NCBI GenBank assembly: GCA_965208575.1
Contig: CBDBOV010000006.1
Location: 1,184,001-1,248,000, forward strand
Reading direction: 5' to 3'
Length of the DNA stretch: 64,000 bases
Source: Spirochaetia bacterium
GTDB lineage: Bacteria; Spirochaetota; Spirochaetia; SZUA-6; Bin103
Shown here: positions 46,402 through 55,530 of the stretch, in pieces
Numbering within the stretch: the stretch's first letter is position 1
Layout of the letters: every line of letters begins with the position of its first letter
Position numbers and translations under genes: made by a program
The notes under the pieces: generated by a model
Seen by the model: the letters and a program-made list of their open reading frames with translations, nothing else
Databases searched by the model: none
What the model was told of the DNA's origin: nothing

Positions 46402-46998
46402 ATGCATGGAACCGGAACAGCACGCGCCGCCACGGTGAGCTTCACCGCCATGGCAGACGGCACCCGCGAGGACTACGAACTGCTGGCGCGGTTCGAGGAA
46501 GAATACGCCGCCGGGCTCGCCGACCGCGTGCTGGCACAGTTGCGCGCGCTGGCCGGCTCGCTGGCCGGCTACCAAGTGGACCGCCTGGAGCACTCGCTGC
46601 AGACTGCGACGCGCGCGCACCGCGACGGCGCCGACGAGGAGATGGTGGTGGCCGCGCTGCTGCACGACATCGACGACCTGCTCGCCCCGCACTGCCACGG
46701 CGAGCTGTCCGCCCTCATCCTGCGCCCGTACGTAACCGAGAAGACGTACTGGATCGTGCGCCACCACGGGCTGTTCCAACTCGTCTACTACGCCCACCAC
46801 CATGGCCGCGACCGCAACGCGCGCGACCAGTACCGCGGCCATCCGTGGTATCAGGACGCGGTGGACTTCTGCCACCGCTGGGACCAGGCGGCCTTCGACC
46901 CCGACTACGAGTCGCTGCCGCTGGAATTCTTCGAACCGATGGTGCGCCGGCTGTTCGCGCGCGAGCCGTTCAGCCTGGCGCCGAGGGGGCATTCATGA
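46402..46998 (+). CDS. HD-domain metalloprotein
   Basis: RLEHSLQTATRA, ALLHDI, HG, HHGLFQ and WDQAAFDP motifs; upstream TTGACC-17-TACATA. Confidence 0.87.
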   Translation: MHGTGTARAATVSFTAMADGTREDYELLARFEEEYAAGLADRVLAQLRALAGSLAGYQVDRLEHSLQTATRAHRDGADEEMVVAALLHDIDDLLAPHCHGELSALILRPYVTEKTYWIVRHHGLFQLVYYAHHHGRDRNARDQYRGHPWYQDAVDFCHRWDQAAFDPDYESLPLEFFEPMVRRLFAREPFSLAPRGHS

Positions 46999-48299
46999 CC
47001 GGCCAACCGCAAAGCGTCGACCAGTCCGACCGCATCGTTCCGATCAACCTGCGCCAGAGCGGACGCACGCCCACCGAGCTGTTGATCTCCAACCGCGTGC
47101 GCAAGTCGCCGTACTGGCACCTGTCGCACGAGGCGGGCTGCTGGCGCGCCACCGTGTACAACCGCATCTACCATCCGCGCGGCTACGTGCGCCCGGAGGA
47201 TGGCGGCGCGTCCGCCGAGCACGAGGCGCTGACCCACCACGTGACCATGTGGAACGTGGCGGTGGAGCGGCAGATCCGCGTGCAGGGCCCGGACGCGGAG
47301 CGGTTCGTGGACTACGTGATTACCCGCGACGCCACCCGCATCAAGCCGATGCACGGCAAGTACGTGATCCTGTGCAACGAGCGCGGCGGCATCCTCAACG
47401 ACCCGGTGCTGCTGCGCCTGTCCGAGGACGAGTTCTGGTTCTCGCTCGCCGACTCCGACCTGCTGTACTGGCTGCAGGGCGTCAACGTCGGCGCGCGCAT
47501 GGACGTACGGATCGACGAGATCGACGCGTGCCCGGTGCAGATTCAGGGCCCCAGGTCGGAGGCGCTGATGGCCGACCTCGTGGGCGCGGGCATCCGCGAC
47601 ATCCCCTACTACGGCATCATGGAGGCCGAGGTGGGCGGTTGCCCGGTAGTGATCTCGCAGTCGGGGTTCTCGGGCGAGAAGGGCTACGAGATCTACCTGC
47701 GCGACGCCACGCTGCACGCCGAGGCGATGTGGAACGCGGTGCTGGAGGCGGGCAAGGCGCACCAGCTCTCGGTGATCGCGCCCGGCCACCAGCGCCGCAT
47801 CCAGGCCGGCATCATGTCGTGGGGTCAGGACATCGACCACGAGACGCTGCCGTTCCAGTGCAACCTGGCCTACCAGGTGCCGCGCCGCAAGCAGGGCGAC
47901 TACATCGGCAAGGCGGCGCTGGAGCGGGTCCGCGAGCAGGTCGACGCCGGCAACCCGCCGTTCAAGATGATGCTGGTGGGCATGACCCTCGGCGGCAAGC
48001 CGATCGACGACTACGCCCCCGACTTCTGGCTGGTGTCGGACGCCGCCGGCGGCGACCCGGTCGGCTACCTCACCTCGCCGTGGCACGCGCCGGAACTGGA
48101 CACCAACATCGCGCTCGGCTACGTGCCGGTGGGCATGTCCGCGGTCGGCACCGAGCTGACCGTGCGCCTGCCGGACGAGTACGCCACCGAGCCGGGCAAG
48201 CCGGTGCCGGCGTGCGTGTGCGAGGTGCCGTTTCGCCCCTCGGTCAACCCCAGCGCCCGCGAGCTGGCCCACTCCCGCGGCGAAGACGCCACCCGGTAG
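46995..48299 (+). CDS. GcvT-family aminomethyltransferase (DmdA-like demethylase)
   Basis: TVYN, MWNVAVERQI..GPDA, GGILNDPVLLRL, SGFSGEKGYE and RRIQAG motifs. Confidence 0.88.
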   Translation: MTGQPQSVDQSDRIVPINLRQSGRTPTELLISNRVRKSPYWHLSHEAGCWRATVYNRIYHPRGYVRPEDGGASAEHEALTHHVTMWNVAVERQIRVQGPDAERFVDYVITRDATRIKPMHGKYVILCNERGGILNDPVLLRLSEDEFWFSLADSDLLYWLQGVNVGARMDVRIDEIDACPVQIQGPRSEALMADLVGAGIRDIPYYGIMEAEVGGCPVVISQSGFSGEKGYEIYLRDATLHAEAMWNAVLEAGKAHQLSVIAPGHQRRIQAGIMSWGQDIDHETLPFQCNLAYQVPRRKQGDYIGKAALERVREQVDAGNPPFKMMLVGMTLGGKPIDDYAPDFWLVSDAAGGDPVGYLTSPWHAPELDTNIALGYVPVGMSAVGTELTVRLPDEYATEPGKPVPACVCEVPFRPSVNPSARELAHSRGEDATR

Positions 48300-48327
48300 G
48301 CCGGCGCAACGCGCACAGGTGCTCGGC

Positions 48328-48420
48328 GTGCAGCCCAACGTCGTCTATATCGACTGCCACGATCTGGGCGACTGGCTCGCCTGCTACGGGTATCCGTGGC
48401 CAGACACGCCGCACCTTGAC
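48328..48420 (+). pseudogene. Diverged duplicate of the first 31 codons of the sulfatase gene
   Basis: QPNVVYIDCHDLGDWLACYGYPWPDTPHLD against 49255..49347; manual count 79/93 nt and 28/31 aa identical. Confidence 0.9.
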
Positions 48421-48523
48421 ATCTTCGGCCAATTTGCTCTATTGACTTTGGGAGTTGGAGGGAGTCCGATGGAGCGTCTCCTTTACTCGGCGTTTCCGAG
48501 ACACAACCTCTCGCGAATTGGCA

Positions 48524-48907
48524 ATGCTGCAAGAGATAGGCCAAATACTGTCCCAGTCGTTCGGAAAACTCCGCATCAAGAGTGCGCTCAACCCCATCCT
48601 ATGGCTTTGCGGAATTGTCGTGATACCAAGTATATGGATGGCCAGCCGACAGGAAGGTGGACTTCCGGTGTGGCTGATTGTCCTGATTTTCCTGCCGGTT
48701 TCTGTCGCTGTGTTGGGTTTCCTCGTCTTGCTCTTCTTTGACAGGGACAAGCTACAATCCGAAGACTACCAGATACGGAAGCAATCACTGGAATTGATTC
48801 AGGAGAAAGGAGATCCGGTCCCCGTTCGGGCTACCTCAATCGACGCGATTACCAACCCAGGGCGACCGAGACTCGACAACAAGGACGAAAGAGGATCAGC
48901 ACCATGA
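48524..48907 (+). CDS. Small two-TM membrane protein (lower-GC cassette); start uncertain
   Basis: KSALNPILWL, two hydrophobic helices, then DRDKLQSEDYQ; ATGA overlap with the next gene. Confidence 0.7.
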   Translation: MLQEIGQILSQSFGKLRIKSALNPILWLCGIVVIPSIWMASRQEGGLPVWLIVLIFLPVSVAVLGFLVLLFFDRDKLQSEDYQIRKQSLELIQEKGDPVPVRATSIDAITNPGRPRLDNKDERGSAP

Positions 48908-49185
48908 AGCGGACATACCTTCTGATCTACAGCGACAGATTGGGAACGCGGGAAGAGATCAAGGAGTTCCTCGACGGAAGATCTGAGATTCTGTATTGGC
49001 GCTACGACCTTCCTCATGCATTCTACTTGGTTTCGAACCTCTCCGCAGAAGATCTATACGAGATTGTTCAGAGATACAATCAGGAACGCGGTCTCTTTCT
49101 CATCAGCGAAGTTGGCGAAAATACGCAAGGCTGGCTTCCGAAAAAGACATGGGTGCTGTTGAACGCCGAGTACGCTCGGCAGTAG
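48904..49185 (+). CDS. Small hypothetical protein, possible Cas2-like ferredoxin fold
   Basis: TYLLIYSD...W...FYLVSNLSAEDL...FLISEV...QGWL...W pattern; GAGG RBS. Confidence 0.7.
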   Translation: MKRTYLLIYSDRLGTREEIKEFLDGRSEILYWRYDLPHAFYLVSNLSAEDLYEIVQRYNQERGLFLISEVGENTQGWLPKKTWVLLNAEYARQ

Positions 49186-49254
49186 TGTGTCGCAGTCTCT
49201 CCACCGTGCGTTAGCGCACGTCGCCGATGCGACGGCTTAGGTATTGGATTCGGC

Positions 49255-50748
49255 GTGCAACCCAACGTCGTCTACATCGATTGCCACGACCTGGGGGACT
49301 GGCTGGGCTGCTACGGGCGCCCGTGGCTGGACACGCCTCACCTCGACGCGCTGGCGGCGCAGGGAGCGCGGTTCGCGGAGCACATCGCGGCGGCGCCGAT
49401 CTGCATGCCGAGCCGGACCGCCATCTATACCGGGCTGATGCCGCACGAACTCGGGGTAACCGGGCAGGAGTCGCTGCTGCTGGGCGAAGGGGCGCGCCCG
49501 CTGGCGGCCCGGTTCCGAGACGCCGGCTACCGCACGGCGCTGTGCGGGCGGCTGATGGTGCTCAACGACGCGCGGGAGATGGGCTTCACCGAGCAGCTTG
49601 AAGCCGGACGCGACGAGCAGGCCGCCGCCGCGGTGGCGTTCCTGGCAGCCCAGGGCTCCGCGCGGGAAGACGGCGCAGGCGGCGCCCCGTTTCTGCTGTC
49701 GGTGTCCTTTACCGAGTGTCACCGCCCGTTCGGCGACCGCTACGACGCGGAGGTGCCCGACCGCGTGGAGGTGCCGCCCTACCTGCCCGACACCGGCGCC
49801 ACGCGCCGCGACTTGGCCACCCTGGCGTGGCAGATTCGCGGCCTGGACCGGCGCGTTGGCCAGGTCCTGGCCGCCCTTGAACGCGCCGGCCTGGCCAACG
49901 ATACCCTGGTGGTGTTCACCACCGAGCACGGCCCGGCGATCGCGCGCGCCAAGCACACCACGTACGACTCCGGGCTGCGCACGGCCCTGCTGCTGCGCCT
50001 GCCGGGGGCGATCCCGGCCGGCACCGTCGTGGACACGATGACCAGCAACGTCGACCTGCTGCCCACGCTCGCCGATCTGTGCGGCCTGCCGGCGCCAGCA
50101 GCCGTGCACGCGTCGAGCGGGGCGCCACACCTCGCCGCCGGCCCCGGCGCCACCGCCGTGCCGCCCGCCACGCGCGTCGCAGGTGGATTATCTGGCCGCA
50201 CCACCAGCGACCATGCGGCGGCGACGCCGGGCGCGCGCGGCGTGAGTTGGGCCGCACGGGTCACCTCCGGCGATACCCGTGCAGCGCGCCCGTTCGCGTT
50301 CAGCGAGTTCAACTGGGGGCGGCGCAGCGGGGCGTGGTACTACACGCCGAGCCGGGTGATCCGCGGCCCGCGCTACAAGCTGATCCGCGGCTACCGGCGC
50401 ATCCCGATCTACGTGGACTCCGGCTGGCTGGCGCGCTACGCCGGCGACCGGCAGACGGTGGAGCGCTGGTATGCCGAGCCGCTGCCCGCCACCGGGTTGT
50501 TCGACCTGCAGGAGGATCCGTTCGAGCTGCGCAACCGCGCCGGCGACCCCGCCGTGGCCGACATCGAATCCGGCCTCAACCGGCACCTCGACGAGCACCT
50601 CCGCGCCACCGGCGACCCGATCCAGGCCGGGCCGGTGGCCAACCGCGCCGGTGAACCCGACGTGCCGCAGTGGCGCCGCCGGCCCGACGGCAGCTTCCGC
50701 CTGATCACCGACGACCCGGCCGACCCGGGCGAGGTCTCCTTCACCTGA
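49255..50748 (+). CDS. Sulfatase (Cys-type, formylglycine-dependent)
   Basis: PNVVYI...DLG, CMPSR (CxPxR), TEHG...AKHT, SNVDLLPT and LFDL..DPFE motifs; internal ~40-aa low-complexity insertion. Confidence 0.92.
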   Translation: MQPNVVYIDCHDLGDWLGCYGRPWLDTPHLDALAAQGARFAEHIAAAPICMPSRTAIYTGLMPHELGVTGQESLLLGEGARPLAARFRDAGYRTALCGRLMVLNDAREMGFTEQLEAGRDEQAAAAVAFLAAQGSAREDGAGGAPFLLSVSFTECHRPFGDRYDAEVPDRVEVPPYLPDTGATRRDLATLAWQIRGLDRRVGQVLAALERAGLANDTLVVFTTEHGPAIARAKHTTYDSGLRTALLLRLPGAIPAGTVVDTMTSNVDLLPTLADLCGLPAPAAVHASSGAPHLAAGPGATAVPPATRVAGGLSGRTTSDHAAATPGARGVSWAARVTSGDTRAARPFAFSEFNWGRRSGAWYYTPSRVIRGPRYKLIRGYRRIPIYVDSGWLARYAGDRQTVERWYAEPLPATGLFDLQEDPFELRNRAGDPAVADIESGLNRHLDEHLRATGDPIQAGPVANRAGEPDVPQWRRRPDGSFRLITDDPADPGEVSFT

Positions 50749-50833
50749 AGGCGGCGCCGGCGTCCGTGGATCTCGGCAAGGAGATCGCCGACGTCCGCAA
50801 GGAAAATCACCATCCAGACGCGGTTGCGCCCGC

Positions 50834-50903
50834 CCGCCGCCGTCCCGTGCCACCGCACGCGACGCACGACCGAGTGCGCCTTCGGAATGGCGCTTCGCCG
50901 GCG
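50834..50903 (-). repeat. Orphan intergenic copy of one HNH-array unit
   Basis: Reverse complement aligns ungapped to 9809..9878 at 59/70 nt by manual count (PAKRHSEGALGRASRAVARDGG against PANRHAEAELGRASRAVTQDGD). Confidence 0.8.
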
Positions 50904-51009
50904 GAGTGGGGCGCCAACCGCTGTTCGGTATCGCGACAAGCGAAAATTGGCTGTCGCTCTTGCAGAAGAGTTGCCGGCCGCCGATGATCGGCGCGCAAGA
51001 GGGGACGCC

Positions 51010-51867
51010 ATGAACGAGATCACGCCAACGGCAAACGAGTACGCCGACGAGCGTTTCGGAGCAGCCGCCCTGCAGCGGGCGGTCACGGCTCTGCACACCG
51101 ACGGGTTCGTGGTGATCAACGGCGTGGTCGACCACGCCCACCTCGACCTGCTGCGGGAACGGATGACGGACGACCTCACGAGGCTGCGCGCGCTGCCGGT
51201 AGTGCCGCACAACTTCGTCTGGGGCAACGTGCAGCAGGGCCCTCCGCCGGACGCCGGCCTGGTGTTCCGCGACGTGATTGCCAATCCGTTCGTGTGCCAG
51301 GTAACGCGCGCGGTACTGGGCGCGGGCGCGTTCAACGACTGCCTGACCGGGAACACCAACCTGCCCGGCAGCGGGCTGCAGCCGGTGCACGTCGACGACG
51401 GCCAACTGTGGCCCGAGCTCGGCCTCGCGCATCCGGCGGCGCGGCTGGTGGTGAACATCGCACTCGGCGACACCACGGTCGACAACGGCGCCATCGAGTT
51501 GTGGCCGGGCACGCACCTCGACACCCACGTGGTGATCGGCGGCAGCATCCGGGTGCCGGAGGAGCGGGTCGCGGCGCGCCGGGCGGTCCGGGGGCCAATC
51601 CGCGGCGCCACCCGCAAGGGGGCGGTGCTGATTCGCGACATGCGGCTGTGGCATCGCGGCACCCCCAACCGCGGCACCGAACCGCGCTTCATGATCGCCA
51701 CGATCCACAGCGTGGCGTGGTACCGGCGGGCGACGCGCTGCGAACTGGAGCAGGCGTGCGCGCCGGTGTTCGACGGCTGTCCCATCGAGAACGCCATTCC
51801 GCTGGTGCCCCGCCCGCGCGACCACTTGGCCGGCAACCACCGCTACGAGTACGACGGGCCCAACTGA
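51010..51867 (+). CDS. Phytanoyl-CoA dioxygenase (PhyH) family Fe/2OG enzyme
   Basis: DGFVVI, QPVHVD (HxD), NGAIELWPGTH and RLWHRG-PN motifs. Confidence 0.9.
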   Translation: MNEITPTANEYADERFGAAALQRAVTALHTDGFVVINGVVDHAHLDLLRERMTDDLTRLRALPVVPHNFVWGNVQQGPPPDAGLVFRDVIANPFVCQVTRAVLGAGAFNDCLTGNTNLPGSGLQPVHVDDGQLWPELGLAHPAARLVVNIALGDTTVDNGAIELWPGTHLDTHVVIGGSIRVPEERVAARRAVRGPIRGATRKGAVLIRDMRLWHRGTPNRGTEPRFMIATIHSVAWYRRATRCELEQACAPVFDGCPIENAIPLVPRPRDHLAGNHRYEYDGPN

Positions 51868-51923
51868 GCGCGCCGGACGCCGGCGCGCGGCGTCCGCGGC
51901 CCGGCCCCGCGGCGCGGCGCGCG

Positions 51924-52814
51924 CTACCCCTTCACGCTGCCGAGCAGCACGCCCTTCACGAAGTACTTCTGGATGAACGGGTAGACGAACAGGATCGGCA
52001 CCGTGGCCACCATGATCACCGCGCCCTTGATGGCGTCCGGCGGCGGCGGCGCGTCCATCTCGTACAGCATCTCCGGGTTGTCGTTGAGCACCTCGGTGGC
52101 GTTGATCAGGATGCGGCGCAGGATGATCTGCACCGGCATGCGGCGGATGTCGGCGATGTAGATGGCGGCGTCGAACCAGGAGTTCCAGTGCCACACCGCG
52201 TAGAACAGGCCGATGGTGGTCAGCACCGGCAAGCTCAGCGGCAGCACCACCTTCCACAGCACCATCGGCGGGGTGGCGCCGTCGATCAGCGCCGACTCCT
52301 CCAGGCTCTCCGGGATCGTGAAGAAGAAATTGCGCATGATCAGCATCCAGAACGGGTTGACGAGCTGTGGAATCACCAGCGCCCACAGGGTGTTGTACAG
52401 GCCGGTGTAGCGCACCACCAGGTAGGTCGGGATCAGGCCGCCGTGGAACAGGATGGTAAAGAACACGAACATCGTGATCGGCGTGCGCCCCGGCACGCTG
52501 CGCTTGGACAGGGCGTAGGCGAACGGCGCCGTGAACAGCAGGTTCAGCGCCGTGCCCACCACCACCCGGAACAGGGTCACGCCGTAGGAGCGGATGATCG
52601 CGCTGCCCTTGGCGAAAATGGCGTGGTAGGCGCCGAGATCGAAGGTTTGCGGAATCAGCACCAGGCCGCCGCGTCGCGCCGCCTCCGCCGCGCCCACCAC
52701 CGAGGTGGAGGCCACTACCACGAACGGAATGATGAACCACGCCGACAGCAGGATCATGAACACGACGTTGCAGCCGTTGAATACCCGCTCGCCGCGCGAA
52801 ACGCTGATCGCCAC
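51924..52814 (-). CDS. Carbohydrate ABC transporter permease
   Basis: AYALSK, FHGGLIPTY, EAA-like ESALIDGA, WNSWFDA and YPFIQKYFVKG motifs. Confidence 0.93.
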   Translation of the reverse strand: MAISVSRGERVFNGCNVVFMILLSAWFIIPFVVVASTSVVGAAEAARRGGLVLIPQTFDLGAYHAIFAKGSAIIRSYGVTLFRVVVGTALNLLFTAPFAYALSKRSVPGRTPITMFVFFTILFHGGLIPTYLVVRYTGLYNTLWALVIPQLVNPFWMLIMRNFFFTIPESLEESALIDGATPPMVLWKVVLPLSLPVLTTIGLFYAVWHWNSWFDAAIYIADIRRMPVQIILRRILINATEVLNDNPEMLYEMDAPPPPDAIKGAVIMVATVPILFVYPFIQKYFVKGVLLGSVKG

Positions 52815-53800
52815 TACCAGAGCCCTTCCTGCTCCAGCTTCTTGGCGGTGAAGTTGGCGCCCACCACCATCAGCAGCGCGATGATCGACTTGAACACGTC
52901 CACCGCCGCGGCGTACGAGAAGTTGAGCTGCTGCAATCCCTCGCGGTACACGTAGGTGTCGATGATGTCGGACACGTCGTACACCACCGGACTGTACAAC
53001 AGCAGGATCTGCTCGAAGCCGGCGTTGATCAGGTTGCCGATGTTGAAGATCAACAGGATCGAAATCACCATGGCGATCGACGGCAGCGTGATGCGGATGG
53101 TCTGCTGCAGCTTGTTGGCGCCGTCGATGATCGCCGACTCGTACAGCTCCGGGTTCACGCCGGCGAGCGCGGCCAGGATGATGATCGTGCCCCAGCCGAT
53201 CTCCTTCCACACGTGGGTGGCCACCAGCACGCTGCGGAAGTAGCGCGGATCGCCCAGGAAGCTGAGCCGCTCGCCGCCGAGCCACTCGATCAACTGGTTC
53301 ACCAGGCCGTCGGAGGTGGAGAACATCTTGAACGCAAGGCCCGCCACCACCACCCAGGAGATGAAGTGCGGCAGGTAGGAGATGGTCTGCACCACCCGCT
53401 TGAACAGCACGTTGACCAGTTCGTTGATCAGCAGCGCCAGCACGATGGTGGTGGGAAACGAGAACAGCAGCTTGAGGCCGCTGATGATGAAGGTGTTGGC
53501 GACGATGTTGCCGAAGAAGTAGGAGCCGAAGAACTTCTGAAAGTTCTTGAAGCCGATCCACTCGCCGCCGAGCACCCCCTGGAGGCCGATGAACGGGTTG
53601 ATCTCCAGGAAGGCGATCGAGATGCCGACCATCGGCAGGTACTTGAAGATGAGCAGGTAGACGATGCCGGGCAGCATCAGCCAGTAGTAGAAGTGATGCT
53701 TCCTGATGTTGCGCCCGAGCATGCCGCCTCTGCGCGCAGCGGTGCGCAGTTCGGCTTCCGGCGCGATCACGCCGCGTTCACTGCCTGACACGCCCGTCAT
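52814..53800 (-). CDS. Carbohydrate ABC transporter permease (LplB-like)
   Basis: QTISYLPHFISWVVV, WKEIGW, LYESAIIDGA and DIIDTYVY motifs. Confidence 0.93.
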   Translation of the reverse strand: MTGVSGSERGVIAPEAELRTAARRGGMLGRNIRKHHFYYWLMLPGIVYLLIFKYLPMVGISIAFLEINPFIGLQGVLGGEWIGFKNFQKFFGSYFFGNIVANTFIISGLKLLFSFPTTIVLALLINELVNVLFKRVVQTISYLPHFISWVVVAGLAFKMFSTSDGLVNQLIEWLGGERLSFLGDPRYFRSVLVATHVWKEIGWGTIIILAALAGVNPELYESAIIDGANKLQQTIRITLPSIAMVISILLIFNIGNLINAGFEQILLLYSPVVYDVSDIIDTYVYREGLQQLNFSYAAAVDVFKSIIALLMVVGANFTAKKLEQEGLW

Positions 53801-53838
53801 CCTCCTCCGTCATCGTACCATCACCCGCCGTCGTTCAC

Positions 53839-53886
53839 AAAAAAGGCCGCCGCGGCACCGGTCGGGGGACCGGGCCGCAGCGGCTT
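53839..53886 (-). terminator. Long hairpin plus U-tract between the solute-binding protein and permease genes
   Basis: Minus strand AAGCCGCTGCGGC-CCGGTC-cccc-GACCGG-TGCCGCGGCGGCC-TTTTTT. Confidence 0.7.
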
Positions 53887-53908
53887 GTGTGGTGCGCAAA
53901 GCGAGCGG

Positions 53909-55411
53909 CTACTGCATCGCGTCGTACTGGCGGGTGTACTCGGCGATCCACTTGTCGACGCCGGCGTCCCGCATCTCCTGCTGGAAGTCGTCCCACTCGG
54001 ACATCGGGCGCTGGCCGGTGATGAACTTGACCGGCTCGGAGTCCCACAACCGCTTCAGGTCGGTCATCGGCACCACGTCGTTGATGGTGGTCATGTCCCA
54101 CACGATGGCGGCGTCGAACGGCGTCTTGACGCCGTCCAGGTCGTCGGTGCCGTTGATCAGGTACTCGCTCCAGAACTCGATCTCCGGGCTCAGCACGCGC
54201 GCCTGCACCTCGACCGGCAGGCCGACCGCGAAGCGGTAGTCCTCGAACAGGGCGCGGTTGCCGATGTACTCGTAGGTCTTGCCCTCATCGACCCACTGCC
54301 AGTGCTTGCCCTTGATGCCGTCCTGGCCGGTGATGTAGTTCTCGACGTCCGAGTACTGCCACTCGAACACTTTCAGGAACGCCTCGGTGTTCTCGTCCGG
54401 CGAGCGCGCCGGAAACACCCAGCCGTGCGTGCCGGCGGGGTTGAGGGTCTCGATCATGCCGGCGGGACCCATGATGGGCCGCATGTAGACCGGGTCGGCG
54501 TCGGGGAAGTTCTTGAGGATGGTGTACTTGCCGATGCCGACGGCCGAGCACCAGTAGGCGGTGGTGGCGAACTGGCCCTGGTAGATCACCGGGCGCACCT
54601 CGCTGGCCGGGATGTTGAAGCTGTCGGGCCAGATGTAGCCCTTGTCGTACCAGTCATGCATCCTGGCGATGAAATCCCGGAAGCCGGGGTGCAGCTCCGG
54701 CGGCTTGAGCATGTTGTCGGCCGGGTCGAGCCACGGTCCGTAGCCGTCCGGCAGCCAGCCGCCGGCCATCACCATGCGCAGGTGCGGGGCGTAGCTGGTG
54801 ATCATCACCTGCGTCTGGCCGCCGCCGACCGGGTCGTTCTGCAGGAACACCTCGAGCACGTTCTCCAACTCGTCGATGGTGGTGGGATACTCCAGGCCGT
54901 ACATGCGCAGGTACTCGCCGCGGATCCACACCGGCCACGCGGTCACCACCTCGCCGCGCGGAATGGCCCAGGTCTGGCCGTCGGTGGTGCTCACCTTGGA
55001 CCAGGCGATGTCGGTCCACGCCTTGCGGGTATTCGGGATCTGGTCGAACCACTTGTTGATCGCCTTGATCGCGCCCTTGGGCTGGAACTGCGGCACCTGC
55101 ATGCCGGCGATCACGTCCATCGGGTCGTTGGAAGCCAGCAGCAGCGTGATCTGCTCGACGCGGCCCTGGCGCGGAATGCGGTGCGTAACCACCCGCACGC
55201 CGGTCTGCTCCTCGATGTAGGCCTGTACGTCGTCGAGCACTTCCTGCGCGGTGCCCGCCTCCGACCCGGCGGAGTGGGATACGGTATCGTAGCTGTGCAC
55301 TTCGATCACGTCGCTCGCGGCGCCGGCTTCGCCCTCGCCGGCCGCGAACGCGCCGGCCACTACGAACAGGCTCAGCAGCGCAACGGCGCCGAGCATCGGC
55401 ATTCTGGTCAT
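53909..55411 (-). CDS. Extracellular solute-binding protein (carbohydrate ABC)
   Basis: Signal peptide ending AFAAGEGE; PTTIDEL..VL, WYDKGYI, GIKGKHW and KFITG motifs; AGGAG RBS. Confidence 0.9.
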   Translation of the reverse strand: MTRMPMLGAVALLSLFVVAGAFAAGEGEAGAASDVIEVHSYDTVSHSAGSEAGTAQEVLDDVQAYIEEQTGVRVVTHRIPRQGRVEQITLLLASNDPMDVIAGMQVPQFQPKGAIKAINKWFDQIPNTRKAWTDIAWSKVSTTDGQTWAIPRGEVVTAWPVWIRGEYLRMYGLEYPTTIDELENVLEVFLQNDPVGGGQTQVMITSYAPHLRMVMAGGWLPDGYGPWLDPADNMLKPPELHPGFRDFIARMHDWYDKGYIWPDSFNIPASEVRPVIYQGQFATTAYWCSAVGIGKYTILKNFPDADPVYMRPIMGPAGMIETLNPAGTHGWVFPARSPDENTEAFLKVFEWQYSDVENYITGQDGIKGKHWQWVDEGKTYEYIGNRALFEDYRFAVGLPVEVQARVLSPEIEFWSEYLINGTDDLDGVKTPFDAAIVWDMTTINDVVPMTDLKRLWDSEPVKFITGQRPMSEWDDFQQEMRDAGVDKWIAEYTRQYDAMQ

Positions 55412-55530
55412 GAAATACTCCTTGCGGCCCGTCCGGGCCGGTGTCTCTTGGTGCGTACTGGTATATCACGGATTCGCGCGCCGCGCCAACGAACACAACC
55501 GGCGTCCGCGGCTCCGCTGTCGGCCCGCCG

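Noticed and set aside
46995-48299. Firm dmdA or gcvT gene symbol
   Set aside because: Family motifs are clear, but substrate specificity cannot be read from sequence, and no gcvH/gcvP or dmdBCD genes are adjacent.
48328-49347. Diversity-generating retroelement TR/VR pair (sulfatase 5' duplicate)
   Set aside because: The mismatches are not adenine-specific (many are C/T and C/G at third positions), the repeat is at a 5' end, and no reverse transcriptase is present.
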